A stretch of 64,000 nt of DNA, from assembly GCA_014161675.1 (NCBI GenBank), contig GCA_014161675.1_4760.1; one strand, 5' to 3'. Below the pieces are notes generated by a model. It did no database searches, was not told where the DNA came from, and worked only from the letters and a program-made list of their open reading frames with translations. Position 1 is the stretch's first letter. Every line of letters begins with the position of its first letter. Below, in pieces: positions 10,948 through 25,466 of this stretch. The position numbers were made by a program, and so were the translations under genes. Source of the stretch: a phage.

Positions 10948-12746
10948 AACAATTAATTAATATCGGTAACGTTGTTGATGACGGTACAGGTGATTATCTA
11001 AGAAAAGGCGGTCAAAAGATTAATGACAACTTTTCTGAACTTTATACTAAGCTGGGGGATGGTGATATCCCTCATGCATCCGGCGCGTGGAAAACTCACA
11101 CACAACCAGTATTAAAACCAAATTTTGGTGATGCATGGGCGATTAATACAACGAACAACGCTGTTTCTGTTGAATTGCCTAAAGGAAGCGCGAGTGATTA
11201 TAATAAAACAATTAAACTTCGTGATGTTTGGCGCTCATGGGCTGCACATAACGTAACGTTGAAGCCAGCACAAGGTGATACCATTAAGGGATCTCCAATC
11301 GACCGTGAGTTGTATAAAGATTTCATGGATGTTGAATTGGTTTATTGTGCGCCCGGACGTTGGGAATATGTCGAAAATAAACGAGTAGATACTATCACCA
11401 CTTCCGATTTAAGCACAGTCGCTAAGGAAGTTTATATTGCAACCGAAGGACAAACAGACTTCCCTAATGTGTTTGGTTCCAATACTTACAATATTCGAAA
11501 TGTTGAAGTGTATTATCGCGGTAACTTGCTTTATTATGGCAAGGATTTAACCGATGATTCTAACTATGGTTCAATCGGTGAAAACGGTGATATTGTTCCT
11601 CTGGACGGTAAAAGCATTAAATTACGCTTCCCTTGTTCGGCGGGTGATACCATTCAAATCATCACTTATATGGACGGTATCGCATCCTTCCGGTCAAGCT
11701 ATATTACTCATACAATCCGCGTTTATGAAACAGGAATGACCACTTTTGAATCCATCCCTGGTGAAGTTTGGGTCGGTGAACTTGCTAATAAGAAAGAGTT
11801 TACTAATGCTGAATTAGGCGTAAGTAAGCGAGATCTTATTAATCCAAATTCATTTGAATTGCTGATCAACGGCACACAAATGATTAAAGCGGGTGATGCG
11901 GATTTACCTTCCTTTATTTGTGAAGGTGCTGACGGTGAAACGGAAGAAACCTGCGTACTTGCTGGCGGTCAATGGGTGGAATCTGGTGAAGATTATTCAT
12001 TAATGTTTGACGAAAACAGCGTGGTGACTGGTATTAAATTATCTAAAGCACTAGATAACAGAGACACTATCACAATTCGCTGGTTTAATAATGATATCGG
12101 AACATTAATGGAATGGGACGGTGTAGGCGGTATTAAAGAAAAAGCAGATAAAATCTATCTTAATAACGAAGATGAAGTTACTCTGACAAATCGAATTGAA
12201 TATACCGATTTCCAGAATCCAAGCCAAGCAACTAAACGCCCAATGGAAGATTATACAGGTCGTGTGATGGATATATATTCCATCTTTGATATTTTCCATC
12301 CTATAGGCACAATTTATGAAAACGCGCATAACCCAGCTAACCCGGCGACATATATGGGAATTGGTACATGGGTACGTTATGCGGAAGGAGAATTTCTGGC
12401 TGGTTGGTCTTCTGACGCAAGCGATCAAAACTTCGCACTAAACAACAACGATCTTGATACACATGGTCAACCTACACACACCGCAGGTGGTAACGGTGGT
12501 GATGTTGCATACCAGATCAAGAAAAATATGATTCCTGAATTACAGAGCAACGATCGAGTTCTTGTAAAAGATGATAACGGAAATATTATTATCGGTGGTT
12601 GTCAGGTAGACCCTGATGCAGTAGGTCCAGCGTTTACCAAATATCGAGAAGATAATGTTAAGGTTAATCAGGGAAATACCGATCCATCAATGATGGGTAT
12701 TCTTCCTCCATACAGAACTGTCTATCGTTGGCTAAGGGTAGGTTAA
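10944..12746 (+). CDS. 10: gp10 baseplate wedge protein
   Basis: 600 aa; N-terminus 'MKQLINIGNVVDDGTGDYLRKGGQKINDNF' closely matches remembered T4 gp10. Confidence 0.85.
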   Translation: MKQLINIGNVVDDGTGDYLRKGGQKINDNFSELYTKLGDGDIPHASGAWKTHTQPVLKPNFGDAWAINTTNNAVSVELPKGSASDYNKTIKLRDVWRSWAAHNVTLKPAQGDTIKGSPIDRELYKDFMDVELVYCAPGRWEYVENKRVDTITTSDLSTVAKEVYIATEGQTDFPNVFGSNTYNIRNVEVYYRGNLLYYGKDLTDDSNYGSIGENGDIVPLDGKSIKLRFPCSAGDTIQIITYMDGIASFRSSYITHTIRVYETGMTTFESIPGEVWVGELANKKEFTNAELGVSKRDLINPNSFELLINGTQMIKAGDADLPSFICEGADGETEETCVLAGGQWVESGEDYSLMFDENSVVTGIKLSKALDNRDTITIRWFNNDIGTLMEWDGVGGIKEKADKIYLNNEDEVTLTNRIEYTDFQNPSQATKRPMEDYTGRVMDIYSIFDIFHPIGTIYENAHNPANPATYMGIGTWVRYAEGEFLAGWSSDASDQNFALNNNDLDTHGQPTHTAGGNGGDVAYQIKKNMIPELQSNDRVLVKDDNGNIIIGGCQVDPDAVGPAFTKYREDNVKVNQGNTDPSMMGILPPYRTVYRWLRVG

Positions 12747-12747
12747 T

Positions 12748-13392
12748 ATGATTTCTAAAACACGTTCAAAAGCTAGTGTATTTTCCAGCGATGCGGCGTT
12801 TATTTCATACGATCCAGGATCGAAAGATCCTGTTATCGGTGGTTCTCGTCCAATTGGTGGCGTTAATGTCGATCAATCAAGAAAAGGTTCCTATGTAAAC
12901 AACGTTCAATCTGCAATTGATGACCTTTATTCATTGTCAATGATCCGAATTGGTGATGTGTTGGTTACAACCGACTCAACTCCACCACAAGCCGCAGGAC
13001 AGATTGAAACTCTGTCATTTTCTGGTTCTGTTAACAATCAGCATAATCCAGACGCAAACAAAGTATTAATTGATGTTTTGGGTTATCCATTTATTGTTGA
13101 TGTTGGGTCTTCCGGCGTTTCTCTATGTGAGAAAGTAACGGAAAAATTTACCGAACTAATGAATAAAAACATTATGTTCAAAGAAGTAAAAAGAAAAGGA
13201 AGTAGCAACGACCAATTAGAAATTCATTATATCGATTCTCTTGAACACCCACCAACCGATATTAACAAGTACGGAATTACAATCACAGGAAATGTTGATT
13301 CTCCTGCTCGTGTTGGTTATGGTTCATGGTCTCGAATGGGTACAGAAGAGAAATTTGGAACTACCCTATATTATTTCAAACGTATTGCATAA
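12748..13392 (+). CDS. 11: gp11 baseplate wedge / short tail fiber attachment protein
   Basis: 214 aa; C-terminus 'TTLYYFKRIA' resembles T4 gp11; synteny. Confidence 0.8.
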   Translation: MISKTRSKASVFSSDAAFISYDPGSKDPVIGGSRPIGGVNVDQSRKGSYVNNVQSAIDDLYSLSMIRIGDVLVTTDSTPPQAAGQIETLSFSGSVNNQHNPDANKVLIDVLGYPFIVDVGSSGVSLCEKVTEKFTELMNKNIMFKEVKRKGSSNDQLEIHYIDSLEHPPTDINKYGITITGNVDSPARVGYGSWSRMGTEEKFGTTLYYFKRIA

Positions 13393-13403
13393 GGTGATGT
13401 ATA

Positions 13404-14804
13404 ATGGCAAACAATACTATTAACCATGTAAAAGACGATGCTCAATACGTCAAGTTTAACCCTGTAAATGATTGGCCTCAAAGCATTACCAACGTACAAG
13501 CGGCTTTAGCCGCTATTAATGGCTTTGCCGTAAATGGATTACCGGACGCTACGGAAGATACAGCCGGGATCGCTGCAATCGCAACTCAGGAAGAAGTAAA
13601 CGACGGCACTGTAGACAATAAGATCGTGACTCCAAAAACACTAGCTGTTAAAATGTCACGTCCAGATGCTACAAAAGAAGTAAAAGGCATTACCCGATTT
13701 GCCACGATGGAAGAATCGCTGCAAGAGAGCAACGAGAACATGGCAATCGGTCCAGACACACTAAACCATTACTTCACCACTAAAAAGGCGTCAGAGAGCG
13801 TTCAGGGGACTATTAAGATATGTTCTCTTGAGGCGGCAAAGATTGGCAGTGATGACACAATGGCAGTAACACCGAAAAAGATGCACACTGCCATTGCACA
13901 GATTGTGCCGGGATTAATTCCAGATCAAAACACAGCAACCGAAAGCGCACAGGGTTTAGTTCAGTTAGCAACTAATGCGCAGGTTTTACAAGGCCAGATT
14001 CGAGAAGGTTTTGCAATTAGCCCTTATGCATTTGCAAATGCTCGCGCCAATGAGAATCAGGCGGGTACTGTTAAGATCGCCAGCCAGTCACAGATGAATG
14101 CTGGTTCAGATGATACTGTAGTTGTTTCTGCTAAGAAGTTTGCAAGCACTAAGGCAACAACGTCTCAATACGGCATTGTTAAACTACGAGACACCGTAGG
14201 AAGTGAGGCTAACGCTGCACTATCAGCAAATGCTAAGGTTCTTCCTAGCACTGGCGGTACGGTAAGCGGAAACGTCTATAAAGGTTCAAACTCAGACGGC
14301 AACCAGTTTGTTACTAAAAATGAATTAGCGAATCACGCAATGCCAATTGGTGGTATTATCCTTTCTGGATTCAATGCCGATCGAGGTGACTTTCTGATCT
14401 GTAATGGTCGTTCACTGAATAAAAATCAATATCCGCAATTATTTTCTGCGATTGGTTATACCTTTGGTGGTTCAGGTGACAATTTTAATCTTCCTGATAT
14501 GCGCGGTTTAGTTGCTCGTGGTTGCGATCATGGAAGAAACCTTGATCCAGGTCGTCGATTTGGTTCTTATCAAGAAGACGCAATGCAGAGAATTACTGGT
14601 AAATTCCCTGTAGCTGACCGCTGGCGCGGTTGGTATGGTGGCGCATTTACTGCACAGCGCGGTCAATGGAGCACGAACTATAAAAACGGTGGTGGTGATG
14701 ATTGGGGTTCTACTGTTAACTTTGATTCAGGAAGATCCGTAAGAACGGCTAACGAGACTCGCGTCAAGAGTCTGGCATTAAACTATATCATAAGGGTGCG
14801 CTAA
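13404..14804 (+). CDS. 12: gp12 short tail fiber
   Basis: 466 aa; C-terminal 'LPDMRGLVARG' and 'LNYIIRVR' resemble T4 gp12. Confidence 0.8.
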   Translation: MANNTINHVKDDAQYVKFNPVNDWPQSITNVQAALAAINGFAVNGLPDATEDTAGIAAIATQEEVNDGTVDNKIVTPKTLAVKMSRPDATKEVKGITRFATMEESLQESNENMAIGPDTLNHYFTTKKASESVQGTIKICSLEAAKIGSDDTMAVTPKKMHTAIAQIVPGLIPDQNTATESAQGLVQLATNAQVLQGQIREGFAISPYAFANARANENQAGTVKIASQSQMNAGSDDTVVVSAKKFASTKATTSQYGIVKLRDTVGSEANAALSANAKVLPSTGGTVSGNVYKGSNSDGNQFVTKNELANHAMPIGGIILSGFNADRGDFLICNGRSLNKNQYPQLFSAIGYTFGGSGDNFNLPDMRGLVARGCDHGRNLDPGRRFGSYQEDAMQRITGKFPVADRWRGWYGGAFTAQRGQWSTNYKNGGGDDWGSTVNFDSGRSVRTANETRVKSLALNYIIRVR

Positions 14805-16573
14805 TGATTGAACAATTAAACATCCACGAGATCCCACATGTTGACGGTGTACCAAGCGAAGGACAGCACCGTATTAACTGGATCAAGAATGGCGAATGTT
14901 TAAGCGCAGCAACGACACAGACTGGCAATGACGGGACGCTTAACCGCGCCCCGGTTGCAATTCAAGAAAACGTTGCACGCGTAAACGAAAACGCAAAATC
15001 AACCGTCGCTAAAGTTAACGAGGTTGTAACGGCGGTTAACGATATTAAAACAACTTTAGGGGTAATTTCTGACGGAAGTATCATTGATGTGGTTAACCAG
15101 ACTGTCGCAAAAGTTGAATCCGTCGAAGATAACTTAGGAGAAACAGCAAGAACTCTACAAACAACGGTAGACGCTGTATCAGAACTTAACATCAAGATTG
15201 GTGATCGCCCCGCTGCCGATCCTAGCACAAGAACAATCTATGATGACATTTCTTTCATCAAACAAGAAATGGGTTCTTATCCTAACTTTAATATCAATGG
15301 TTCCCCTGATGCTGGCAGTTCCGGTTCTGGCATCAAATACCGAGTTATTCAGAATACCGCAGCATTAAATGACCACGGTCGCCGAATCATTCAGCTTGAA
15401 AACGACTGGCAAGATTCTGACGTCGGCGAGTTAACAAAACAAGTTAACAAAATGCGCAGTGAGATCGGCGACACGTCTCTTGCAACACAAGAAAATGTGT
15501 ATGTTCGTCTCCGCACCAACGCAAGAAACATTGCTAACTTATCAAACGAAGTTCTAGAAGTCAAGAAAGCAATTTTGTTTGATTCAATCCCTGATATCGG
15601 GACTAAAGTCACTACGCTGGGAACTAATTATGAACGTCTAAACAATGATGTTAATGGTGTAGATTCCGGTATTCGTCCTCGTCTTCTGGCTGTCGAGAAT
15701 AAGATCGGAACGCCTCAATCGGCTGGAAGCATTGACTATCGATTAACCAACACAGAGCGAGAATTTTTAGATCTTAAACAGGTTGTTGGTGTAAGCGGTG
15801 CTGACGGTTTGCGCGGTGAAGTTGTTCGACTTTCCAATGAGATTGGCACTGACAGCGATCGACATACTCTAGCCGGACGTATTAAAGTTGTAGAAAACAC
15901 TCAGGGTCGGTTAGAAGCAAGCGTACAGGACATGGAACAGATTGTAGGTGATCGCGAATCAGGTTTGACCGCTGGCGTTATTAAACTATCAAGTGATATC
16001 TATGGCGATGATGGTTCAGAAGATCCATTTACTCAGAAAGGCGTGATTAAAATCGTCAAAGAGCTACAAACATCTAACGGAAACAAAGTAGATGATGTAC
16101 CTGATGACGGTTTCCATTATCTGCGTAAGCGCGGAGAATGGGTGCAAGTTGCATATGCTGCTGGAGCATTTAAAAATACCGCAGATATTACGGTTGAGCT
16201 GGACGAACAGGATGTTTATAAACCGATTCCGCTTAACGACATGGCGGAAGAAGTTAATGCGCGTCAAATGGTGAAAAGTGAATCTGTTATTACCGTTCAG
16301 GACAAAGGTTTATTCCGTTGTGTATTCCGTTGTGATGTACAAGCTCAACATAATGCAACATTCATTGTTGCGATTTTCAAAAATGGACAGATGGTACATG
16401 AAGCGAAAAATGGTCATTACGGAACAGACGAATTGATCAGCTATTCTACCAGTGCTTTCCTAAATATTGAAACGGGAGATCAGATTAACATCCGTATTAA
16501 GGGTGTATCTGCCGAAGCAGTAGCACAGCCAGTACAAATTAAAGAGTTCCTCTTTGGGATTTCTCCGGTATAA
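14804..16573 (+). CDS. wac: fibritin (wac) with C-terminal extension beyond the foldon
   Basis: N-terminus 'HEIPHVDGVPSEGQHRINWIKNGE' matches T4 wac; foldon-like 'DGFHYLRKRGEWVQV' at about 16105-16150; about 140 further residues follow. Confidence 0.8.
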   Translation: MIEQLNIHEIPHVDGVPSEGQHRINWIKNGECLSAATTQTGNDGTLNRAPVAIQENVARVNENAKSTVAKVNEVVTAVNDIKTTLGVISDGSIIDVVNQTVAKVESVEDNLGETARTLQTTVDAVSELNIKIGDRPAADPSTRTIYDDISFIKQEMGSYPNFNINGSPDAGSSGSGIKYRVIQNTAALNDHGRRIIQLENDWQDSDVGELTKQVNKMRSEIGDTSLATQENVYVRLRTNARNIANLSNEVLEVKKAILFDSIPDIGTKVTTLGTNYERLNNDVNGVDSGIRPRLLAVENKIGTPQSAGSIDYRLTNTEREFLDLKQVVGVSGADGLRGEVVRLSNEIGTDSDRHTLAGRIKVVENTQGRLEASVQDMEQIVGDRESGLTAGVIKLSSDIYGDDGSEDPFTQKGVIKIVKELQTSNGNKVDDVPDDGFHYLRKRGEWVQVAYAAGAFKNTADITVELDEQDVYKPIPLNDMAEEVNARQMVKSESVITVQDKGLFRCVFRCDVQAQHNATFIVAIFKNGQMVHEAKNGHYGTDELISYSTSAFLNIETGDQINIRIKGVSAEAVAQPVQIKEFLFGISPV

Positions 16574-16582
16574 GAAATTAAA

Positions 16583-16602
16583 GGGGCGTTAAGCCCCTTT
16601 TT
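16583..16602 (+). terminator. Rho-independent terminator after wac
   Basis: GGGGC-gttaa-GCCCC hairpin plus TTTTT. Confidence 0.55.
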
Positions 16603-16619
16603 CGTTTATAGGTGATATT

Positions 16620-17552
16620 ATGTCAGGATATGTAACCAATAACCCAAGAGAATTAAAAGACGCTATTCTGCGTCGTTTAGGCGCACCAGTAATTAACGTA
16701 GAAGTAACAGAAGACCAGATTTACGATTGTATTCAGAGAGCATTAGAACTCTATGGGGAATATCATTTCGATGGTGTGAATAAAGGATATAAAGTATTTC
16801 GTGTTAGTGCCGAGCAAGCGCAACACGGGGTATTTGATTTAAGCGATTCTGGAGTATTCGCAGTAACTAAAATAATTCGAACAAACGTAGGTAGCGCGGC
16901 TACGATGGATGGTACTGCCGTTTATCCGTGGTTTACTGACTTTCTGTTGGGTTTAGCTGGTGTAAATGGCGGTTTAGGATCTGGCTGTAGTAAATTTTAT
17001 GGTCCAAATGCAATGGGTGGTGATCTAGGATATTTCGAACAGCTTATGAGCTATCGAGCCACTATGCAAAATATGCTCAATCCGCTGCCAGATTATTGGT
17101 ATAACAGCGCAAACGGACAACTTAAGATAACAGGAAACTTCCGAGAAGGTGATCTCATTGTTGTTGAATTATATGTTAAAAGCTATGTAGACGTTCCTGA
17201 TATGATCGGCGCGGTTGCTGGTTATGCTCATGCTGGAGGATGTTCTACCGCTGGAGGGATTAGCGCCGTTTATGATAATCCAACTGCTGGTTTAAGCGGG
17301 ATTGTTGCTGGCATGGGACCGATCAGTGAGAACAAGCAGGGCGCATATAATAACCGTTGGGTTAAAGACATGGCAACCGCTTTCACTAAGGAGGTGTGGG
17401 GGTCTATCATGGCTAAACATCAAGGTCTGCAATTACCCGGCGGTGTCACTGTTGATGGTATCCGAATCATTGAAGAAGCACGCGCCGACATTGAGAAATT
17501 GCGACAAGAACTAGAATTATTAGATCCTCCGTTCGGCATCCTCATGATTTGA
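16620..17552 (+). CDS. 13: gp13 neck protein
   Basis: 310 aa (T4 309); synteny wac-13-14-15. Confidence 0.8.
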   Translation: MSGYVTNNPRELKDAILRRLGAPVINVEVTEDQIYDCIQRALELYGEYHFDGVNKGYKVFRVSAEQAQHGVFDLSDSGVFAVTKIIRTNVGSAATMDGTAVYPWFTDFLLGLAGVNGGLGSGCSKFYGPNAMGGDLGYFEQLMSYRATMQNMLNPLPDYWYNSANGQLKITGNFREGDLIVVELYVKSYVDVPDMIGAVAGYAHAGGCSTAGGISAVYDNPTAGLSGIVAGMGPISENKQGAYNNRWVKDMATAFTKEVWGSIMAKHQGLQLPGGVTVDGIRIIEEARADIEKLRQELELLDPPFGILMI

Positions 17553-17588
17553 TTTATTGGGGGAGTATTCCCCCATTTGGAGTAACAT

Positions 17589-18329
17589 ATGTTTAACAAC
17601 ACTCTTTTTGCTCGCCTTGAATCGCAAAAGGATTATGAGAATACACGACAAACAGAGATTCTTAATCCTTATGTGAACTTTCACAAATATACAAATACTC
17701 AGACGTTAGCCGACGTTATGGTCGCCGAAGCTATTCAGATGCGAGGTGTAGAATTATATTACATCCCTCGTGAATTTGTCAAACCAGATATGATCTTTGG
17801 TGAGGATGTTCAAAGCAAATTTACTAAAGCATGGAAATTTGCGGCGTATATTAACTCATTTGATGGGTATGAAGGAGCGGGTAATTTCTTCTCTAGTTTC
17901 GGGTATCAAGCTAATGATGAATTAACTTTTACGGTTAACCCCAACCTATTCAAACATCAAGTAGATGATCAAGAGCCAAAATCAGGTGACTTAATTTATA
18001 TTCCGATGAGTAATGATTTATTTGAAATTAATTACGTTGAGCCATATCAGCCGTTTTTTCAGGCTGGCAAAAATGCCATGCGTAAAATTATTGCAGAGAA
18101 ATTCGTGTATAGCGGTGAGGAATTGCGACCAGAATTACAACGCAATGAGGGAATTAATGTTGATGAGTTTGCGGATCTGGATCTTGCACCGATCACTAAT
18201 CTGGACGGGTTAACAGATATCAACCTAGATCAGTACAAAGAAGATAAGCAATTCAGAAGCGAAGGACAAGATTTTATTGATCCGTTTGATCCTATTAATG
18301 GCAAGGGTTCACCTTTCGCCGATTTTTGA
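17589..18329 (+). CDS. 14: gp14 neck protein
   Basis: 246 aa; synteny. Confidence 0.75.
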   Translation: MFNNTLFARLESQKDYENTRQTEILNPYVNFHKYTNTQTLADVMVAEAIQMRGVELYYIPREFVKPDMIFGEDVQSKFTKAWKFAAYINSFDGYEGAGNFFSSFGYQANDELTFTVNPNLFKHQVDDQEPKSGDLIYIPMSNDLFEINYVEPYQPFFQAGKNAMRKIIAEKFVYSGEELRPELQRNEGINVDEFADLDLAPITNLDGLTDINLDQYKEDKQFRSEGQDFIDPFDPINGKGSPFADF

Positions 18330-19189
18330 TAAATACTCATAAACAAGGGGGTCAAATGTTCGGTTGGCACTATAATTCGTCAATTAGACGGTATATTGTA
18401 TTGCTGGGTAATTTATTCTCCGGTGTACAAATTAAAAGGGTGCGTAGCGACGGTGAGCGTTTTATTAAAGTTCCTATCACCTACGCAAAGAAAGAAAAAT
18501 TCATGATGAGTCTGGACAAATATAACAATATCTCAAGTGAGGAAGACGTAGCAAAGGTAGAAACTATTTTACCGCGTATGTGTCTTTCTTTGATTGATAT
18601 GACATACGCCCAGAACTTTAAAACAAATATTGCAAATAAGACAGTACCAAAATATACGGCTGATGGAATCAGGAGCGTAACACAATATAATCCTGTACCA
18701 TATAAGTTTACTTTCGAGTTAGGGATTTATACGCGTAACGAAGATGATATGTTTCAGATAATTGAACAGATTCTTCCTTACTTCCAGCCTCATTTTAACT
18801 GTAAGATTAAAGAACTACACGGTAATGATGTATGGATTGATCGAGATATTCAGGTCACAATTAGTTCTATTACTCCAGATGAACAGGTAGGAGAAGATAA
18901 GTTTTCTCGTCGTCGTCTTGAGTGGACCATTATGTTCGAATTTATCGGGTTTATATATCCTCCAGCTACCGACGTTAAGGGGGAAATTAGAACGATTTAT
19001 CTTGATTTTCATGCCAATTCTCGTGAATTGAATCCTAGCGGTAATTTTGAATCCGTGGATCACGAGGTCGTTAAACGTGACGTCGAGCAAGATGATTGGG
19101 ACGGAACTATCAAAGAATCATATTCTAGTGATATTCCAATACCAGTTGCACCGACCCCACCGGGTCCACGTATTGTAAGAGAATTTTAA
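18326..19189 (+). CDS. 15: gp15 tail sheath stabiliser / tail terminator
   Basis: 287 aa; synteny; start overlaps gp14 stop. Confidence 0.75.
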   Translation: MINTHKQGGQMFGWHYNSSIRRYIVLLGNLFSGVQIKRVRSDGERFIKVPITYAKKEKFMMSLDKYNNISSEEDVAKVETILPRMCLSLIDMTYAQNFKTNIANKTVPKYTADGIRSVTQYNPVPYKFTFELGIYTRNEDDMFQIIEQILPYFQPHFNCKIKELHGNDVWIDRDIQVTISSITPDEQVGEDKFSRRRLEWTIMFEFIGFIYPPATDVKGEIRTIYLDFHANSRELNPSGNFESVDHEVVKRDVEQDDWDGTIKESYSSDIPIPVAPTPPGPRIVREF

Positions 19190-19202
19190 GAGGTAATTTA
19201 TT

Positions 19203-22802
<3,600 letters not shown>

Positions 22803-22836
22803 ATACGATAATGCATAAAAAGATGAGGAAATTCTA

Positions 22837-24840
22837 ATGACTCTATTATCACCGGGTTTCGAAACGAAAGAAACTACTCTCTCCACTACCATTGTGCAAT
22901 CTGCGACTGGTCGCGCGGCACTGGTGGGTAAATTCCAATGGGGTCCAGCTTTCCAAATTGTTCAAGTAACTAATGAAGTTGAATTAGTTAATAAATTTGG
23001 TCAGCCGGATAATAACACCGCAGACTATTTCATTAGCGGGGCTAACTTCCTCCAGTACGGTAATGATCTGCGTGTTGTTCGCGTATTGAATAAAGAAAAA
23101 GCGAAAAACGCAACTGCCCTAGCTGGTAACATCGAGTTTGAAATCACAAACGAAGGTTCAAACTATGAAGTAGGTGATACCATCAAGATTAAACATAACC
23201 GTCAAGATATTGAAACGGCTGGTAAAGTAACTAAAGTTGATGGTGATGGTAAAGTTAAGGGCGTATTTATCCCAACTGGTAAAATTATCGCTCACGCTAA
23301 AGCAATCGGTGTATATCCAGAACTTGATGGCGGTTGGACGGCAGAGTTCACTTCTTCGTCAGGTAACGGTAGTGCGGCGCTGTCAGTGACTAAAATTGTT
23401 ACTGATTCCGGTCTTCTGTTAACGGATCTGGAAACTTCCCGCGCCAATATCACAAATCAAACTTTCTTGACTAAACTCCAGAAGTATGATATGCCAGCGG
23501 TAAGTGCAATCTATGCTGGTGAGATCGGCAACTCTCTGGAAGTTGAAATTCTGGCACGTAGCGCGTTCAGTGGCGCGGTAGCACCTGAATTAACCATGTA
23601 TCCGTTCGGCGGAACTCGTGCCGCAGCACGCAACCTGATTCCATATGCACCGCAGAATGATAATCAATATGCATTTATTGTTCGTCGCGATGGTGTTGTG
23701 GTAGAATCCTATGTACTGTCTACTCTGAAAGGGGATAAAGACGTATACGGCAATTCTATCTACATGGACGACTTCTTTGCTCGTGGTTCTAGCCAGTACA
23801 TCTATGCAACCGCTCAAGGATGGGTAGATGGTTTCAGTGGTATTATCTCTCTTGCTGGTGGTGTTTCTGCTAACGAAGCAACGACTGCTGGTGTTGGTGC
23901 TGATCCGTTCATCGGTGCGATGATGCAAGGTTGGGATCTGTTTGCTGAACGAGAATCTATTCACGTAAACCTGTTGATCGCTGGTGCATGTGCTGGCGAA
24001 GGCGATGCGTTCTCTACCGTACAGAAACATGCTGTTTCCATCGGTGATGAGCGTCAGGATTGCTTAGTAATGGTTTCTCCGCCGCGTAGCACTGTTGTTA
24101 ATATTCCGGTGACTACCGCAATTGATAACCTGATTGCATGGCGCGAAGGTTCAGGAAACTATAATGAAAACAACATGAACATTAATACCACTTACGCTGT
24201 TATTGATGGTAACTACAAATATCAGTATGACAAATACAACGACGTAAACCGTTGGGTTCCGTTGGCTGCTGATATTGCTGGTCTGTGCGCTCGTACTGAT
24301 GCTGTATCCCAGCCGTGGATGAGTCCGGCAGGTTATAACCGTGGTCAGATCATGAACGTGGTTAAACTGGCAATTGAGCCTCGCAAAGCGCACCGCGATC
24401 GTCTGTATCAGGCCGCAATTAACCCGGTGATCGGTGCTGGTGGTGAAGGGTTTATCTTGATGGGTGATAAAACCGCTACGACTGTTCCTAGCCCGTTTGA
24501 CCGCATTAACGTTCGTCGTCTGTTTAACATGCTGAAAAAGAATATCGGCGATTCAAGCAAATACAAACTGTTTGAAAACAATGATAACTTTACTCGCGCT
24601 TCCTTCCGTATGGAGGTTTCGCAATATCTCAGCACGATTCGCTCTCTGGGTGGAATTTATGACTTCCGAGTACAATGCGACACCACGAATAACACGCCGG
24701 ATGTAATTGATCGTAACGAATTTGTTGCTAGTATGTTCATCAAACCAGCAAAATCGATCAACTATATCATGCTCAATTTCACTGCTGTTGCAACTGGTTC
24801 TGATTTTGACGAAATTATCGGTCCAGCTAACCAGGCATAA
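22837..24840 (+). CDS. 18: gp18 tail sheath protein
   Basis: 667 aa (T4 659); synteny; N-terminus resembles T4 gp18. Confidence 0.9.
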   Translation: MTLLSPGFETKETTLSTTIVQSATGRAALVGKFQWGPAFQIVQVTNEVELVNKFGQPDNNTADYFISGANFLQYGNDLRVVRVLNKEKAKNATALAGNIEFEITNEGSNYEVGDTIKIKHNRQDIETAGKVTKVDGDGKVKGVFIPTGKIIAHAKAIGVYPELDGGWTAEFTSSSGNGSAALSVTKIVTDSGLLLTDLETSRANITNQTFLTKLQKYDMPAVSAIYAGEIGNSLEVEILARSAFSGAVAPELTMYPFGGTRAAARNLIPYAPQNDNQYAFIVRRDGVVVESYVLSTLKGDKDVYGNSIYMDDFFARGSSQYIYATAQGWVDGFSGIISLAGGVSANEATTAGVGADPFIGAMMQGWDLFAERESIHVNLLIAGACAGEGDAFSTVQKHAVSIGDERQDCLVMVSPPRSTVVNIPVTTAIDNLIAWREGSGNYNENNMNINTTYAVIDGNYKYQYDKYNDVNRWVPLAADIAGLCARTDAVSQPWMSPAGYNRGQIMNVVKLAIEPRKAHRDRLYQAAINPVIGAGGEGFILMGDKTATTVPSPFDRINVRRLFNMLKKNIGDSSKYKLFENNDNFTRASFRMEVSQYLSTIRSLGGIYDFRVQCDTTNNTPDVIDRNEFVASMFIKPAKSINYIMLNFTAVATGSDFDEIIGPANQA

Positions 24841-24913
24841 TCAGTAAATTAGCATAGATTAAAAGTTAAATCAAGCGGGGAGAAAATCCCCGCTCTATTA
24901 AGGAATATCAATT

Positions 24914-25408
24914 ATGGCACTCGATTTGAATGATATTACACGCGGTTTCGAGTCTGGCGATTTTGCTCGTCCTAACCTGTTTGAAGTTGAGATCCCGTAT
25001 CTGGGGCAAAACTTTAAGCTGATGTGTAAGGCTGCGACTGTCCCGGCTGCTACCGTAGAAAAAATTGCTATAGGCTATCAAAACCGTAAAATTAACATCG
25101 CTGGCGACCGTGTATACGACGACTGGACCATCACTGTATTCAACGATGACGCACACAAGATCCGTGATGCTATCGTTGCATGGAGCGATCAGACACACGG
25201 CACTGGTTCGGCGATCACGGGTGCAACTCCTGCACAATATAAGAAACAAGCTATTGTTCGTCAACTTAACCGTAACACCGAATCAACTAGCGAAAAAACA
25301 TTGTACGGTATTTTCCCGACCAACGTTGGTGAAGTAACCCTCGATTGGGAACAAAACAACGAAGTTGAAACGTTTGAAGTTACTTTTGCTATCGATTGGG
25401 TAGAATAA
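24914..25408 (+). CDS. 19: gp19 tail tube protein
   Basis: 164 aa (T4 163); C-terminus 'ETFEVTFAIDWVE'. Confidence 0.85.
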   Translation: MALDLNDITRGFESGDFARPNLFEVEIPYLGQNFKLMCKAATVPAATVEKIAIGYQNRKINIAGDRVYDDWTITVFNDDAHKIRDAIVAWSDQTHGTGSAITGATPAQYKKQAIVRQLNRNTESTSEKTLYGIFPTNVGEVTLDWEQNNEVETFEVTFAIDWVE

Positions 25409-25466
25409 ATATATTATCATGCGGGGAGAAGTTCCCCGCCTAATTTCTCCCAATTCGAGGTGAATA

